Shown: piece by piece, positions 1 to 9,357 of the stretch
How positions within the stretch are numbered: the stretch's first letter is position 1
How the letters are laid out: the number at the start of each line of letters is the position of its first letter
From: an uncultured Actinomycetes bacterium
GTDB taxonomy: Bacteria > Actinomycetota > Actinomycetes > S36-B12 > CAIYMF01
Assembly (NCBI GenBank): GCA_963843975.1
Contig: CAWJMG010000003.1
Location: 1,050,001-1,082,000, forward strand
Reading direction: 5' to 3'
DNA length: 32,000 nucleotides
Position numbers and translations under genes: made by a program
Notes under the pieces: generated by a model
The model's database searches: none
Seen by the model: the letters and a program-made list of their open reading frames with translations, nothing else
What the model was told of the DNA's origin: nothing

Positions 1-1511
1 GCGCGTCCGGCGCGGCGGCGGGCAGCACGTCCGACCGGAGCGACGCGACGAGGTCCTGCGTCGCAGGGTCGGACGGCGCGGTCGAGGGCTGCGCCGAGAG
101 CCGCACGACGAGGCCGTCCGCCGACACCTGCGGCGGTGACACCGCCACGACGCCGTCGGCCCCCTTCACCGCGGTCGCGAGCGCCAGGGCTGCGGGGTCC
201 GTCGGGCCGGTCAGCGCCGAGGGGTACGTCGCCGTCACGAGCAGCGGTCCGTTCGCGCCGGGCCCGAAGCCGACGGCGAGCTTGTCGTACGACTGCCGCT
301 GCTCGGTCGAGGCGGGCCAGGAGCCGGCGTCGAGCTGGCCGAGCTGAAGGCTCAGCGCGGGGGCGGCCAGGAGCGCGAGCACCACGGTGCTGCCGATCAG
401 GACCAGCCACGGCCGCAGCGCCACGCGACGCGCGAGCCTCGCCCATCCGCCGGCCTCCCCCAGCGACTCCGGCTTGCGCGTCGCGAGCCGCGGGCCGAGC
501 CAGGCGAGGCACGCGGGCAGCAGCGTGACGGCGGCGACGCAGGCCACGAGCACCGCGAGCCCCGACGCGATCGCCAGGCTGCGCATCAGCGGCATGCCCA
601 CCAGCGCGAGGCCGGACAGCGCCGCGATGACCGAGAAGCCGGCGAACAGCACCGCACGTCCGGCCGTCGCGGTCGTGGTGGTAGCGGCCTTGACCGGGTC
701 GTCGCCGTCCACCAGCGCCCGCTGGAACCGGTTGAGCCCGAAGAGCGAGTAGTCGATGCCGACGCCCAGCCCGATCATCGAGGCCAGCGAGGGCGCCACG
801 GCCGGGATGTCGACGGCGTGGCCGAGCAGGCCGAGGCCGAGGATGGCCACGGCGAGGCCGACGATCGCGGTGCCCAGCGGCAGCAGCGCCGCGGCCACCG
901 AGCCGAACGCCACGAGCAGGATCACGAGGGCGGCCACGAGGCCGATCAGCTCGGCCCGGCGATCGGTCTCGCGGTCGAGCACGGCGGCCAGCTGGTCGGC
1001 TGCCGTCACCTCGATGCCGCCGGCGGCCACCGCATCCGTGGTGACGGTCCTGAGCCGCTCGGCGACCGGCTTGGTGATGTCCTTGCCCGACACCGTGAGC
1101 ACCAGATTGATCGTGCCCGTGCCGGAGTCCGCGGAGAAGCTGGCCGTTGCGCTCGCTGGGCGCGGTGGCGCTGGCGACCTCGGGCTCCGCCTCCAGCGCC
1201 GTCACGGCAGCGGCGATCGCCGCGCTCTGATCCGCACCGGACAGGGACGGAGCCGTGAGGACGAGCCGCTGGGCCGGGTTCGGCGCGTCGGGGAATGCCG
1301 CACGAGAGGTGTCGATCGCGGCCTGGCTGTCGGCGCCGGGGATGGTGAGGTCGTCTGTGGTCGCGGCGCCGAACCGGCCGACGAGCAGCCCGAGCACGAG
1401 CGCGAGCAGGATCCATGCACCGACGACGCGGCGGGGGCTCCGGGCGCAGGCCCGGCCGAGCCGCGCCGTCCAGCCGAGGGGCGGCGCGGTCGCGGGTGCA
1501 GTGGTCTCCAC
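1..1511 (-). pseudogene. MMPL/RND-superfamily membrane transporter, N-terminal part (3' end lies outside the window); frame changes by 1 nt near 1139-1160
   Basis: The reverse strand from GTG (1511) reads VETTAPATAPPLGWTARLGRACARSPRRVVGAWILLALVLGLLVG, a typical MMPL N-terminal TM. In a frame offset by 1 nt it continues FSADSGTGTINLVLTVSGKDITKPVAERL...AELIGLVAALVILLVAFGSVAAALLPLGTAIVGLAVAILGLGLLGH...GVGIDYSLF...FAGFSVIIAALSGLALVGMPLMRSLA. It is absent from the ORF track because it runs off the window edge. Confidence 0.75.
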
Positions 1512-1514
1512 CCG

Positions 1515-1544
1515 CGCACCCTAGGGGTGCGGCGGCCCCGGGGC
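1515..1544 (-). terminator. GC-rich hairpin plus palindrome between the yqeY-like stop and the MMPL start
   Basis: A 7-bp stem cGCACCC/GGGTGCg with loop tag lies at 1515-1531. A 10-bp perfect palindrome GCCCCGGGGC lies at 1535-1544. There is no U-tract. Confidence 0.3.
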
Positions 1545-1560
1545 GCGCTGGCTCGCGGGC

Positions 1561-1932
1561 TCAGGACCGGACGGTGAGCAAGCCCTCGAGGACGACGACC
1601 TCCGCCGCGAGCCGGTGCGAGGCTGCGCTGCTGCCGTACACCTGCATCGCCGAACGTCGCTCGGCGATCTCGGCACGGACGATCTCGGCGACGTCGTCGT
1701 CCGAGAGCTGTCGGCGCTGGGCCTCCGCAGCGCCGACGCCGAGCGCCGCGCCGGCGACGTGCTCGGAGCTGGACGCGGGCGCGGTGTCGACCGGGACGGC
1801 GACGGCCTCGGCGTTGCCGATCGCGCCGAGCAGGCTGCGCAGCGCCGACACGGTGACCGTGTCGCGCGACCGGACCGCCTCGCGCAGCCAGGTGCGCGCG
1901 CGGTTCTCGATCGCCGTCGTGTGGTCGTTCAC
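1561..1932 (-). CDS. GatB/YqeY-domain protein
   Basis: The C-terminal 124 codons of ORF 1561..2064 read VNDHTTAIENRARTWLREAVRSRDTVTVSALRSLLGAIGNAEAV...RRQLSDDDVAEIVRAEIAERRSA. The upstream part of that ORF is Arg/Gly-rich junk, so a GTG start at 1932 is preferred. The start remains uncertain. Confidence 0.65.
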   Translation of the reverse strand: MNDHTTAIENRARTWLREAVRSRDTVTVSALRSLLGAIGNAEAVAVPVDTAPASSSEHVAGAALGVGAAEAQRRQLSDDDVAEIVRAEIAERRSAMQVYGSSAASHRLAAEVVVLEGLLTVRS

Positions 1933-2067
1933 GTGGTCGATCCTGTCCTGTCCGGCGCCCCGGCGCCTCACAACACTCCGGCCGCCGCACACCCGTCGTC
2001 CCGAACCGTCCCCACCCCGCGGCGTCGCGCCCCTCGGCATCCTCCCGCCCGGTTGCCTATCCACATG

Positions 2068-2079
2068 TTAACTGGTTAA
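2068..2079. promoter_or_regulatory. Perfect inverted repeat TTAAC-tg-GTTAA, candidate MarR operator
   Basis: It lies in the only clearly AT-rich patch of the window (ccacatgTTAACtgGTTAAgtcatttccATG), 10 nt upstream of the marR ATG, in the intergenic region shared with the divergent yqeY-like gene. Confidence 0.45.
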
Positions 2080-2088
2080 GTCATTTCC

Positions 2089-2547
2089 ATGATCCCGGGA
2101 GAGCTGGCCCGCTCGCTCCACCTGCTGACCGCCCGGCTCGACGCCGCCGCGGACGACCTCCTGCGCGAGGAGTTCGGGCTCAGCCACAGCCAGCTGGGCT
2201 TCCTCATGCCCCTGCTCGAGCACGCCGAGCTCGACGTCACCTCGCTGGCGGCCGCCCTGAACGTGTCGGTGCCCGCGGTCAGCAAGCGCGTCGTCTGGTT
2301 CACCGAGCGGGATCTCGTGCGCTCGCGCAGCCACCCCGACGGCGGACGCCGAGTCGCCCTCGCCCTGACCCCGAGCGGACGTCGCCTGGCGGTCCGCGCG
2401 TCGACCCGGCTCCGCACCCGCCTCGACCAGCTGGTGGCCGGCTGGCCGGAGGCGCGGCTCGAGCAGCTGCACGCCCTGGTGGTCGAGCTCTCAGCCACCG
2501 TGTCGTCCGCGGAGGCAACGAGCGCCGCGAGAGGGAGAACGGCATGA
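2089..2547 (+). CDS. MarR-family transcriptional regulator
   Basis: The 152-aa ORF has a winged-HTH-like core: LSHSQLGFLMPLLEHAELDVTSLAAALNVSVPAVSKRVVWFTERDLVRSRSHPDGGRRVALALTPSGRRL. Confidence 0.8.
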   Translation: MIPGELARSLHLLTARLDAAADDLLREEFGLSHSQLGFLMPLLEHAELDVTSLAAALNVSVPAVSKRVVWFTERDLVRSRSHPDGGRRVALALTPSGRRLAVRASTRLRTRLDQLVAGWPEARLEQLHALVVELSATVSSAEATSAARGRTA

Positions 2548-3068
2548 ACAGACGCCTGCAGGTCAGCCTCGTGGCGCTCGGAACCCTCGTCGTCGTCGGT
2601 CACCTCGTTGCCCTCGCCGTCGCCGGGATGGCGCTGTCGAGCTGGCTCACGGGGACGGCGGTCGGCCTGCTGCTCGCCGTCGTCGGCAGTGCTCACCTGC
2701 TGCTCGGCCGCGACCCGTCGACCTCGGCCGGTCGGCAGACCCTGTACGGCGTGATCGCGCTGGCGCTCGGCGTGGTGTGCGGCCTTGTCGCGACCGTCGT
2801 GCCCGTGCCCGGGTGGTGGCTCCTGCTCCCGTGGGCCGTGGCCGCCCTCGCGATCGGGATGCTCCTCGACGGCCCCCCACGCGAGAAGGCCGCACGGCTC
2901 GCGGCCTACGGCTTCGCCTCCGCAGTCATCCCCGCCGCGGCCGCCCACGAGCTGACGGGCGCGCTCGACGGGATCGTCGTGCTCGCCCTGGGCCTCGCGG
3001 GAGCGGCCGGCGCCGTCGCCGTCGGCGCTACCGCGCACGCCGTGGTGCAGCGGGCCCACCCGGCCTGA
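2544..3068 (+). CDS. Hypothetical polytopic membrane protein, translationally coupled to marR
   Basis: An ATGA start/stop overlap with marR lies at 2544-2547. The 174-aa product has about 5 hydrophobic segments (LVALGTLVVVGHLVALAVAG, LLLAVVGSAHLLL, VIALALGVVCGLVATVV and others). No recognisable catalytic motif is present. Confidence 0.6.
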   Translation: MNRRLQVSLVALGTLVVVGHLVALAVAGMALSSWLTGTAVGLLLAVVGSAHLLLGRDPSTSAGRQTLYGVIALALGVVCGLVATVVPVPGWWLLLPWAVAALAIGMLLDGPPREKAARLAAYGFASAVIPAAAAHELTGALDGIVVLALGLAGAAGAVAVGATAHAVVQRAHPA

Positions 3069-3079
3069 GGTCGGACCGG

Positions 3080-3637
3080 TCAGTCGAAGAGCGTGCCGCT
3101 CTCGGCGGTTCGTGCTCCTTCGTGCACAAGGAGGGCGGCCTTCACCGGCAGGCCGTAGGCGTAGCCGCCGAGCGTGCCGTCCGTGCGCACGATGCGGTGG
3201 CAGGGCACGAACGGCGCGACCTTGTTGCGCGCGCAGGCCTGGCCCGCAGCCCGCACGGCGGCGGGGCTCCCGGCCCGCTCGGCGAGACCGGCGTAGGAGT
3301 CGGTCTCCCCCGCCTTCACCCCGCGCAGCTCGGTCCAGGCCCGCTGCAGGAACGGCCCGCCGGGCTGGCTGACGAGCACGTCGTCGAGCGCGTCGAGGCC
3401 GCCGGCGGCGTACCGCCCGAGCGCGTCCACCGCGGCCTTCGTCGACCCGCCGCCGCGCGGGGCCGGGCGGTGGCCGCGCGCCTGCTCGGCCTCGGTGAGG
3501 AACGCGAACGTGTCCTCGAGGCTCTTGTAGCCCGAGGCGACGACCGCGCCGGTGGCCGGATCTGCGACCACGACGACGGTGCCGCCCGGCAGGGCGACCT
3601 CGGCGGTCTCGTACGGCGGCAGCGTGCTGGTCGTCAT
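3080..3637 (-). CDS. ogt: Methylated-DNA--protein-cysteine methyltransferase (O6-alkylguanine alkyltransferase)
   Basis: The protein starts MTTSTLPPYE and carries the active-site motif VPCHRIV within ...ARNKVAPFVPCHRIVRTDGTLGGYAYG. Its ATG overlaps the upstream gene's stop (ATGA at 3634-3637). Confidence 0.88.
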   Translation of the reverse strand: MTTSTLPPYETAEVALPGGTVVVVADPATGAVVASGYKSLEDTFAFLTEAEQARGHRPAPRGGGSTKAAVDALGRYAAGGLDALDDVLVSQPGGPFLQRAWTELRGVKAGETDSYAGLAERAGSPAAVRAAGQACARNKVAPFVPCHRIVRTDGTLGGYAYGLPVKAALLVHEGARTAESGTLFD

Positions 3638-5139
3638 GAGGTCTCCTCGGTCGAGGCGGGGGTGAGCGAGGTCCAGAGGTGCTGGGCGGCGTACGACCGC
3701 CACGGGCTCCACGCCGCGGCACGTGCTGCGAGCGCGCGGGCGTCGTCCGGAAGGCCGAGCGCGCGGGCGCCGTGCCGGATGCCGAGGTCGGTCGCCGGGA
3801 AGGCGTCCGGGTCGCCGAGCGCGCGCAGCCGCACATATCCGGTCGTCCACGGGCCGACGCCGGGGATAGCGAGCAGGTGCGACTCGAGGTCGTCGAGGTC
3901 GGGCGAGGCGAGGTCGACGCGTCCATCGGCGACGGCCTCCGCGACCGCGACGAGCGACCGTGCGCGCGAGGCGGGCATGCCCGTGATCGTCGCCGGGTCG
4001 ACCGCCGCGATCTGCTCGGCCCGCGGGAACGCGCGCAGGCTCTCGCCCTCGAGCTCCGCGCCGTGGCCCGCCACGAGCCGGCCGAGCAGCGTCGACGCGG
4101 CAGCGACCGACACCTGCTGCCCGACGACCGCGCGCACGACCGTCTCCCACGGGTCGACCGTGGTCGGCACGCGCAGGCCAGGTCGACGGGCGACCAGCGG
4201 GGCCAGAGCCGGGTCCTCGACGAGCGCGGCGCCCACGGCTGCGGGGTCGGCGTCGAGGTCGAGCCACCGGCGTAGGCGGCGGACGAGGGCGGCCGTGTCG
4301 CGCAGATCTGAGCCGGAGCGGACGACGACGTGGTCGCCGTGCACGCTCACCTCGGTGACGGCGGCGCGGGTGGGCAGGGGCACGACGCGTCGATGCGTCC
4401 AGCGGCGTCCTGGCACGTGCTCCTCGAGCCCCACCACGGCACGTGCGGCCAGGAACGAGCCGAGCGCCTCGGCGTCGTACGGTGGGCGCAGCCGCAGGCG
4501 CAGCACCAGGGCCTGGTCCGCGGACGGCACCTGTGCGGACGGCGTACGTCGCAGGCCCGACGGCGCGATGCCGAACTCGCGGCGCATGACGTCGTTGAAC
4601 TGCCGGATGCTCGAGAAGCCCGAGGCGAACGCGATCTCGGCGAGCGGCAGGTCGGTCTGCTCGACGAGCAGCTTCGCGGTCTGCGCGCGACGGCTGACGG
4701 CGAGCTGCAGCGGGCCTGCTCCGACCTCCGCGACGAGGCTTCGGTGCAGGTGCCGCTCGCTGACGTGCAGCGTGCGGGCGAGGCCGGCGACGCCGCCGTC
4801 GTCCACCGAGCCGTCGGCGATCAGGCGCAGCGCCCGGCCGACGAGGTCGCCCCGGTGGTCCCAGTGGCGCGAGCCCGGGGCGGAGTCCGGGCGGCAGCGC
4901 CGGCAGGCACGGAAGCCGGCGCTGACCGCCGCGGCCGGTGCGGCGAAGAAGCGGACGTTCTGCGGCTTCGGCGTCTGCGCCGGGCAGACCGGCCGGCAGT
5001 AGACACCGGTGCTCGTGACGCCGAACCAGATGCGGCCGTCGAACCGCCGGTCACGGGCGGCGAGGGCTGCGTACGCGGCGTCGGCGTCCAGACCAGCGGG
5101 GGCCAGGCCCGGCTGGTCGACGACGGCGGCACTGCTCAT
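3634..5139 (-). CDS. alkA: Ada-AlkA fusion: Ada N-terminal Zn domain + AraC-type HTH + DNA-3-methyladenine glycosylase II
   Basis: The 501-aa product has Cys-rich Ada motifs (VYCRPVCPAQ, FRACRRCRPD) and an AraC HTH (LAEIAFASGFSSIRQFNDVMRREFG). It also has an HhH-GPD glycosylase region (LLAIPGVGPWTTGYVRLRALGDPDAFPATDLG). Confidence 0.88.
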   Translation of the reverse strand: MSSAAVVDQPGLAPAGLDADAAYAALAARDRRFDGRIWFGVTSTGVYCRPVCPAQTPKPQNVRFFAAPAAAVSAGFRACRRCRPDSAPGSRHWDHRGDLVGRALRLIADGSVDDGGVAGLARTLHVSERHLHRSLVAEVGAGPLQLAVSRRAQTAKLLVEQTDLPLAEIAFASGFSSIRQFNDVMRREFGIAPSGLRRTPSAQVPSADQALVLRLRLRPPYDAEALGSFLAARAVVGLEEHVPGRRWTHRRVVPLPTRAAVTEVSVHGDHVVVRSGSDLRDTAALVRRLRRWLDLDADPAAVGAALVEDPALAPLVARRPGLRVPTTVDPWETVVRAVVGQQVSVAAASTLLGRLVAGHGAELEGESLRAFPRAEQIAAVDPATITGMPASRARSLVAVAEAVADGRVDLASPDLDDLESHLLAIPGVGPWTTGYVRLRALGDPDAFPATDLGIRHGARALGLPDDARALAARAAAWSPWRSYAAQHLWTSLTPASTEETS

Positions 5140-5262
5140 GGAGGAGATCCTGCCTCATCCCACGGACCTCTAACTGGCGGAAATCGGACCCCACCGCGTC
5201 CGCGGTCGTGCACTCCCGGCCGTCTAGGCTGGCGATGTCGTCGTCGACAACAGGGGGCACAG

Positions 5263-6850
5263 GTGGCTGCGGCAGGATCCGCCGGCGCTCAGCTGCGCAC
5301 CTACCGTGCCGCCGTCCTGGGCGGCGCCGTCGTCGCGGCGCTCGGCCTGCTCCGCATGATCCTGCTCGCCCATGACCCGAGCGACCTCTACGTAGCCGCC
5401 GTGCCCGACGACGCCTTCTACTACTTCCAGCTCGCGCGGAACATGGTCGAGGACGGCAGGTGGACCTTCGACGGCACCGCGCCGACCACGGGCTTCCACC
5501 CGCTCTACGCCTACCTCCTGGTGCTGCTGCAGCACGTGACGGGCGACCTCGACGCGCGAACCCTGCTGATCGTCGTAGGCACGGCGTCCGCCCTCGCGCT
5601 CGGGGCGGCGGCGACGCTCACCGGCGTGACCACGACCCGTCTTCTCGGCTCCTCGACCGTGCCGCTCGTCGTGGCCGTCTTCGCGACTCCGCTGGCGCTA
5701 CTGCAGGCGACGTACCTCATGGAGTCGTGGCTCGTGGTGCTCGCCGCAGCAGCCACTGTGTGCGCGGTCTCGGCCCGGCGTACGCCGGGCGTCGCCGGGT
5801 CGGTAGGGCTCGTCGCGCTCGGCGTGCTGGGCTCGACGGCGCGAAGCGACTTCGGGATGCTGCCGTTCTGCCTTGTCGCGGCCGCGCTCGTCACGAGGCG
5901 ACTGACCGGTGGGGATCCATGGCTGCGCCGTGGGCTGCTCGTGCTCGCCGGCGCAGTGGCAGGCCTCGCCCTCGTGACGCTGCAGAACTACGCGATCGCG
6001 GGAGAAGCTGCTGCAGGCCAGCGTGCGCGTGAAGGCGCACTGGGCCGACGTGCTCGCGACCACCGGCGGCGGCGCAGCCTCGGGCGCGGCTGACGTACCG
6101 ATCACCCTCGTGACAGGCACCCTGACGCCGTTCTTCCCCGAGGTGCCGTTCGCCGGGCCGGCCTGGCTCGCGGTAGCGGGACTGATGCTGGTCCTTCTGG
6201 TGCGAGGGATGCGAAGCGGCGACGTGCCGGCGAGATCAGTCACCCTCGCTCTGGCGTGCGTCCTGGCGGTGATCGGCTACGTGCTCGTCTACTCGCGCAA
6301 CGCCGACGTCCAGTACTGGTACACCGCGTCGTTCATGGTGCCGTGCGCGGTGCTGCTGGCCAGCCTCGGCCGCGCCGCGCTCGGCCGTCATCTGTTCGTG
6401 CCTGCGGCACTGGTGGCGGCGGTGTACGCGGCTGTGGGTCTCAGCATCATCATGGCGGCGCCGTGGCCCAACCAGATCCCCACCAAGGCCGCGGCCCTGT
6501 CCCTGCGGACGCAGGACCTCGGCGCGACGGTAGGCGCGTGGAACGCCGGCGTGCTCGCGTTCTACTCCGAGCGCGACGTGGTCAACCTCGACGGGCTGGT
6601 CAACGACGACGTCGTGCCGTACGTGCTCTCGGACACGCTCGCCGACTATGTCGATGCGCGCGGCATCGAGTACGTCGTCGACTACGACTACCAGTTCACG
6701 CTTCCGGCGCGGCGCGCACGCGGGGGCGACTCCGACGGGCGACTGGTCGGCTGCCTCAGCGAACCCCTACGGACGTACCGCGAGCCCGGTGTGCCCGAGC
6801 TGGAGGCCGTGCAGGTGCGCAGGGTCGTGCCCGGCTGCCTCGAGCCCTGA
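5263..6850 (+). pseudogene. Polytopic membrane protein, possible GT-C-fold glycosyltransferase; frame changes near 5990-6010
   Basis: The first part lies in the frame of ORF 4330..6093: VAAAGS...AAVLGGAVVAALGLLRMILL, AVPDDAFYYFQLARNMVEDGRWTFDGTAPTTGFHPLYAYLLVLL, then multiple TMs. It continues in the frame of ORF 6023..6850: (E)KLLQASVRVKAHWADV...YSRNADVQYWYTASFMV...GAWNAGVLAFYSERDVVNLDGLVNDD. The span is 3n+1 long. The GTG start at 5263 is tentative. Confidence 0.55.
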
Positions 6851-8212
6851 TCAGGGACGCGGACGGTCGAGCAGGAAGTCGGCGACGTCGAACGCGAGCT
6901 CGAGGCTCTGCACGCGGTTCAGGCGTGGGTCGCACGCGGTCTCGTAGCGGTCGCCGAGCTGGTCCTCGGTGACGCCCTCGGTGCCGCCGACGCACTCGGT
7001 GACGTCGTCGCCGGTGAGCTCGACGTGGATGCCGCCGGGGAACGTGCCGAGGCGCTTGTGCACCTCGAAGAAGCCGCGCACCTCGTCGGCGACGTCGTCG
7101 TACGAGCGGGTCTTGTGGCCGGACGCCGCCTCTCGGGTGTTGCCGTGCATCGGGTCGCAGACCCAGACGACCGGGTGCCCGCTCGCGGTGACCTTCTCGA
7201 CGATCGGCGGCAGCGCCTCGCGGATGGTGCCGGCGCCCATGCGCGTGATGAGCGTGAGGCGCCCCGGCACCTTGTCGGGGTTGAGGCGGTCGCAGAGCTC
7301 GACGGCGAACTCCGGCGTCGTGGTCGGGCCGAGCTTCACGCCGACCGGGTTGCTGATCCGCGCCGCGAAGTCGACGTGGGCGCCGTCGAGCTGACGGGTG
7401 CGCTCGCCGATCCAGACGAAGTGGCCGGAGACGTCGTAGAGGTCGCCCGTGCGCGAGTCGATGCGCGTCATGGCCTTCTCGTAGTCGAGGACGAGCGCCT
7501 CGTGCCCGGCGTAGAACTCGACCCGCTTGAACTCCTCGGGATCGGCACCGCAGGCCGCCATGAACGACAGCGCGCGGTCGATCTCGCCCGCGACCTTCTC
7601 GTACCGGTCACCCGCGGGGGTCTCGGCGACGAAGTCCTGGTTCCAGGCATGGACCTGGCGCAGGTCGGCGTACCCGCCCTGGGTGAAGGCGCGCACGAGG
7701 TTGAGCGTGGAGCTCGCGGTGTTGTAGCTGCGGAGCAGCCGCTGCGGATCCGGCACGCGCCCGACGGTCTCGAACGGCAGCGCGTTGACGCCGTCACCGA
7801 AGTACGACGTCATCTCGACGCCGTCGCGCAGCTCGAGCGCCTTGCTGCGCGGCTTGAAGTACTGCCCGGCCATGCGGCCGACCTTCACCACGGGGAGCGA
7901 GGCGCCGTACGTGAGGACGATCGCCATCTGCAGCACGGTCTTGAGCTTGGCGCGGATGTCCTCGGCGGTCGCGGTGTCGAACGTCTCCGCGCAGTCGCCG
8001 CCCATGAGCACGAACGCCTCACCGCGGGCGGCCTGGGCCAGCCGGTCGGTCAGGTTGTCGCACTCGCCCGCGAACACGAGAGGCGGCAGCGTGCGCAGCC
8101 GCGCCACGGCCTCGTCGAGGGCCGCGGCGTCCGGCCACACGGGCTGCTGCGCCGCGGGCAGGTCGGGCCAGGAGATGTGATCCACCATGGGTCCAGGGTA
8201 GTTGCGGGTCAT
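6851..8212 (-). CDS. 3-deoxy-7-phosphoheptulonate (DAHP) synthase, class II
   Basis: The 453-aa product has class II hallmarks: AAQQPVWPD, GEAFVLMGGDCAETF, GRMAGQYFKPRS, ERTRQLDGAHV, VWVCDPMHGNT. Confidence 0.92.
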   Translation of the reverse strand: MTRNYPGPMVDHISWPDLPAAQQPVWPDAAALDEAVARLRTLPPLVFAGECDNLTDRLAQAARGEAFVLMGGDCAETFDTATAEDIRAKLKTVLQMAIVLTYGASLPVVKVGRMAGQYFKPRSKALELRDGVEMTSYFGDGVNALPFETVGRVPDPQRLLRSYNTASSTLNLVRAFTQGGYADLRQVHAWNQDFVAETPAGDRYEKVAGEIDRALSFMAACGADPEEFKRVEFYAGHEALVLDYEKAMTRIDSRTGDLYDVSGHFVWIGERTRQLDGAHVDFAARISNPVGVKLGPTTTPEFAVELCDRLNPDKVPGRLTLITRMGAGTIREALPPIVEKVTASGHPVVWVCDPMHGNTREAASGHKTRSYDDVADEVRGFFEVHKRLGTFPGGIHVELTGDDVTECVGGTEGVTEDQLGDRYETACDPRLNRVQSLELAFDVADFLLDRPRP

Positions 8213-8279
8213 CGGGGCGCCGTACCGAGGCCTCGCCGCGCTGCCGGTGAATGCCGCGTGTGTTGCGCTCTAGGCGACG

Positions 8280-8312
8280 AAGGCCCCCTTCATCGCAGAC
8301 GAAGGGGGCCTT
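8280..8312 (-). terminator. Strong hairpin downstream of pfkA
   Basis: A 12-bp perfect stem AAGGCCCCCTTC / GAAGGGGGCCTT (8280-8291 / 8301-8312) encloses a 9-nt loop, 19 nt after the pfkA stop. There is no clear U-tract on the minus strand; TTTCGT follows on the plus strand. Confidence 0.55.
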
Positions 8313-8330
8313 TCGTAGGCGTTCGGTGGC

Positions 8331-9357
8331 TCAGCCGAAGAACGGCCGGGCCTCCTCGTAGCGCTCGAGCGGGACGGTCTTGAGGACGCCGGTCGCCTCG
8401 ATGAAGGGCACCCGCACGATCGCCGTGCTCTGCAGCGCGACCATCTTGCCGAAGTCCTTCGCCGCGATGGCGTCGACGGCCGAGAGGCCGAAGCGGGTCG
8501 CGAGGACGCGGTCGAACGCGGTCGGCGTGCCACCGCGCTGGATGTGGCCGAGCACGACGGCGCGGGCCTCCTTGCCGGTGCGGGCCTCGAGGCCCGAGGC
8601 CAGCCAGTCGCCGATGCCGGAGAGGCGCACGTGCCCGAAGGCGTCGAGCGACTGGTCCTTGGTGACCATCTCGCCGTCCGCGGGCAGCGCGCCCTCGGAG
8701 ACGACGATGATCGGCGAGTAGTTGGTCTGGAACCGGCTCTCGACCCAGCCCACGACCTCGTCGAGGTGGAACGGGACCTCGGGGATGAGGATGCCGTTGG
8801 CGCCGCCGGACATGCCGGCGTGCAGCGCGATCCAGCCGGCGTGCCGGCCCATGACCTCGACGACGAGCACACGGTGGTGCGACTCGGCAGTCGTGTGGAG
8901 GCGGTCGATAGCCTCGGACGCGATGTTCACGGCGGTGTCGAACCCGAACGTGTAGTCGGTCTCGCTGAGGTCGTTGTCGATCGTCTTGGGGACGCCGACC
9001 ACGGGAACGCCGAGCTCGTCGCAGCTTGGTCGCCACGCCGAGGGTGTCCTCGCCGCCGATGGCGATGAGGGCGTCGACGCCGGCGGCGTCCATGTTCGCC
9101 TTGATGCGGTCGACACCGCCCTCGATCTTGATGGGGTTGGTGCGGCTCGAGCCGAGGATCGTCCCGCCGCGCGGCAGGATGCCGCGGACCTGCGGGATGC
9201 CGAGCGGCATGGTGAGGCCCTCGAGGGGCCCCTTCCAGCCGTCCCGGTAGCCGACGAACTCGAAGCCGTACTCGGTGACGCCCTTGCGGACGGCCGCTCG
9301 GATGACTGCGTTCAGACCGGGGCAGTCGCCGCCACCGGTCAGCACACCGACGCGCAT
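8331..9357 (-). pseudogene. pfkA: 6-phosphofructokinase (PfkA family); one extra base at about 9021
   Basis: MRVGVLTGGGDCPGLNAVIRAAVRKG...ALIAIGGEDTLGVATKL lies in the frame of ORF 8290..9396. It then continues DELGVPVVGVPKTIDNDL...VMGRHAGWIALH...GHIQRGG in the frame of ORF 8331..9116. The L codon occupies 9024-9022 and the D codon 9020-9018, leaving base 9021 supernumerary. Confidence 0.88.

Noticed and set aside
136-1577. Plus-strand ORFs 136..528, 387..752, 756..1577 and 818..1258 at the left edge.
   Set aside because: These are low-complexity Arg/Ala/Ser/Pro translations. The minus strand encodes a convincing MMPL transporter across the same bases.
2076-3926. Very long ORFs in the track: 2076..3926(-) 616 aa, 2777..5002(+) 741 aa, 15771..18647(+) 958 aa, 20908..22509(-) 533 aa, 26919..28505(-) 528 aa and 28767..31139(-) 790 aa.
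   Set aside because: All are Arg/Pro/Gly/Ala-rich with no recognisable motifs. Each lies antisense to or out of frame with an ORF that carries clear family signatures. In DNA this GC-rich, stop codons are rare in wrong frames, so length alone is not evidence.
6845-6856. The 12-bp perfect palindrome CCCTGATCAGGG contains the stop codons of both convergent genes (TGA 6848-6850 and TCA 6851-6853). A similar near-palindrome, TAGCcGCTA, lies at 31657-31665.
   Set aside because: This is most simply a coincidence of two abutting stop codons. It is too short for a terminator and is an isolated occurrence. It was noted but not considered a feature.
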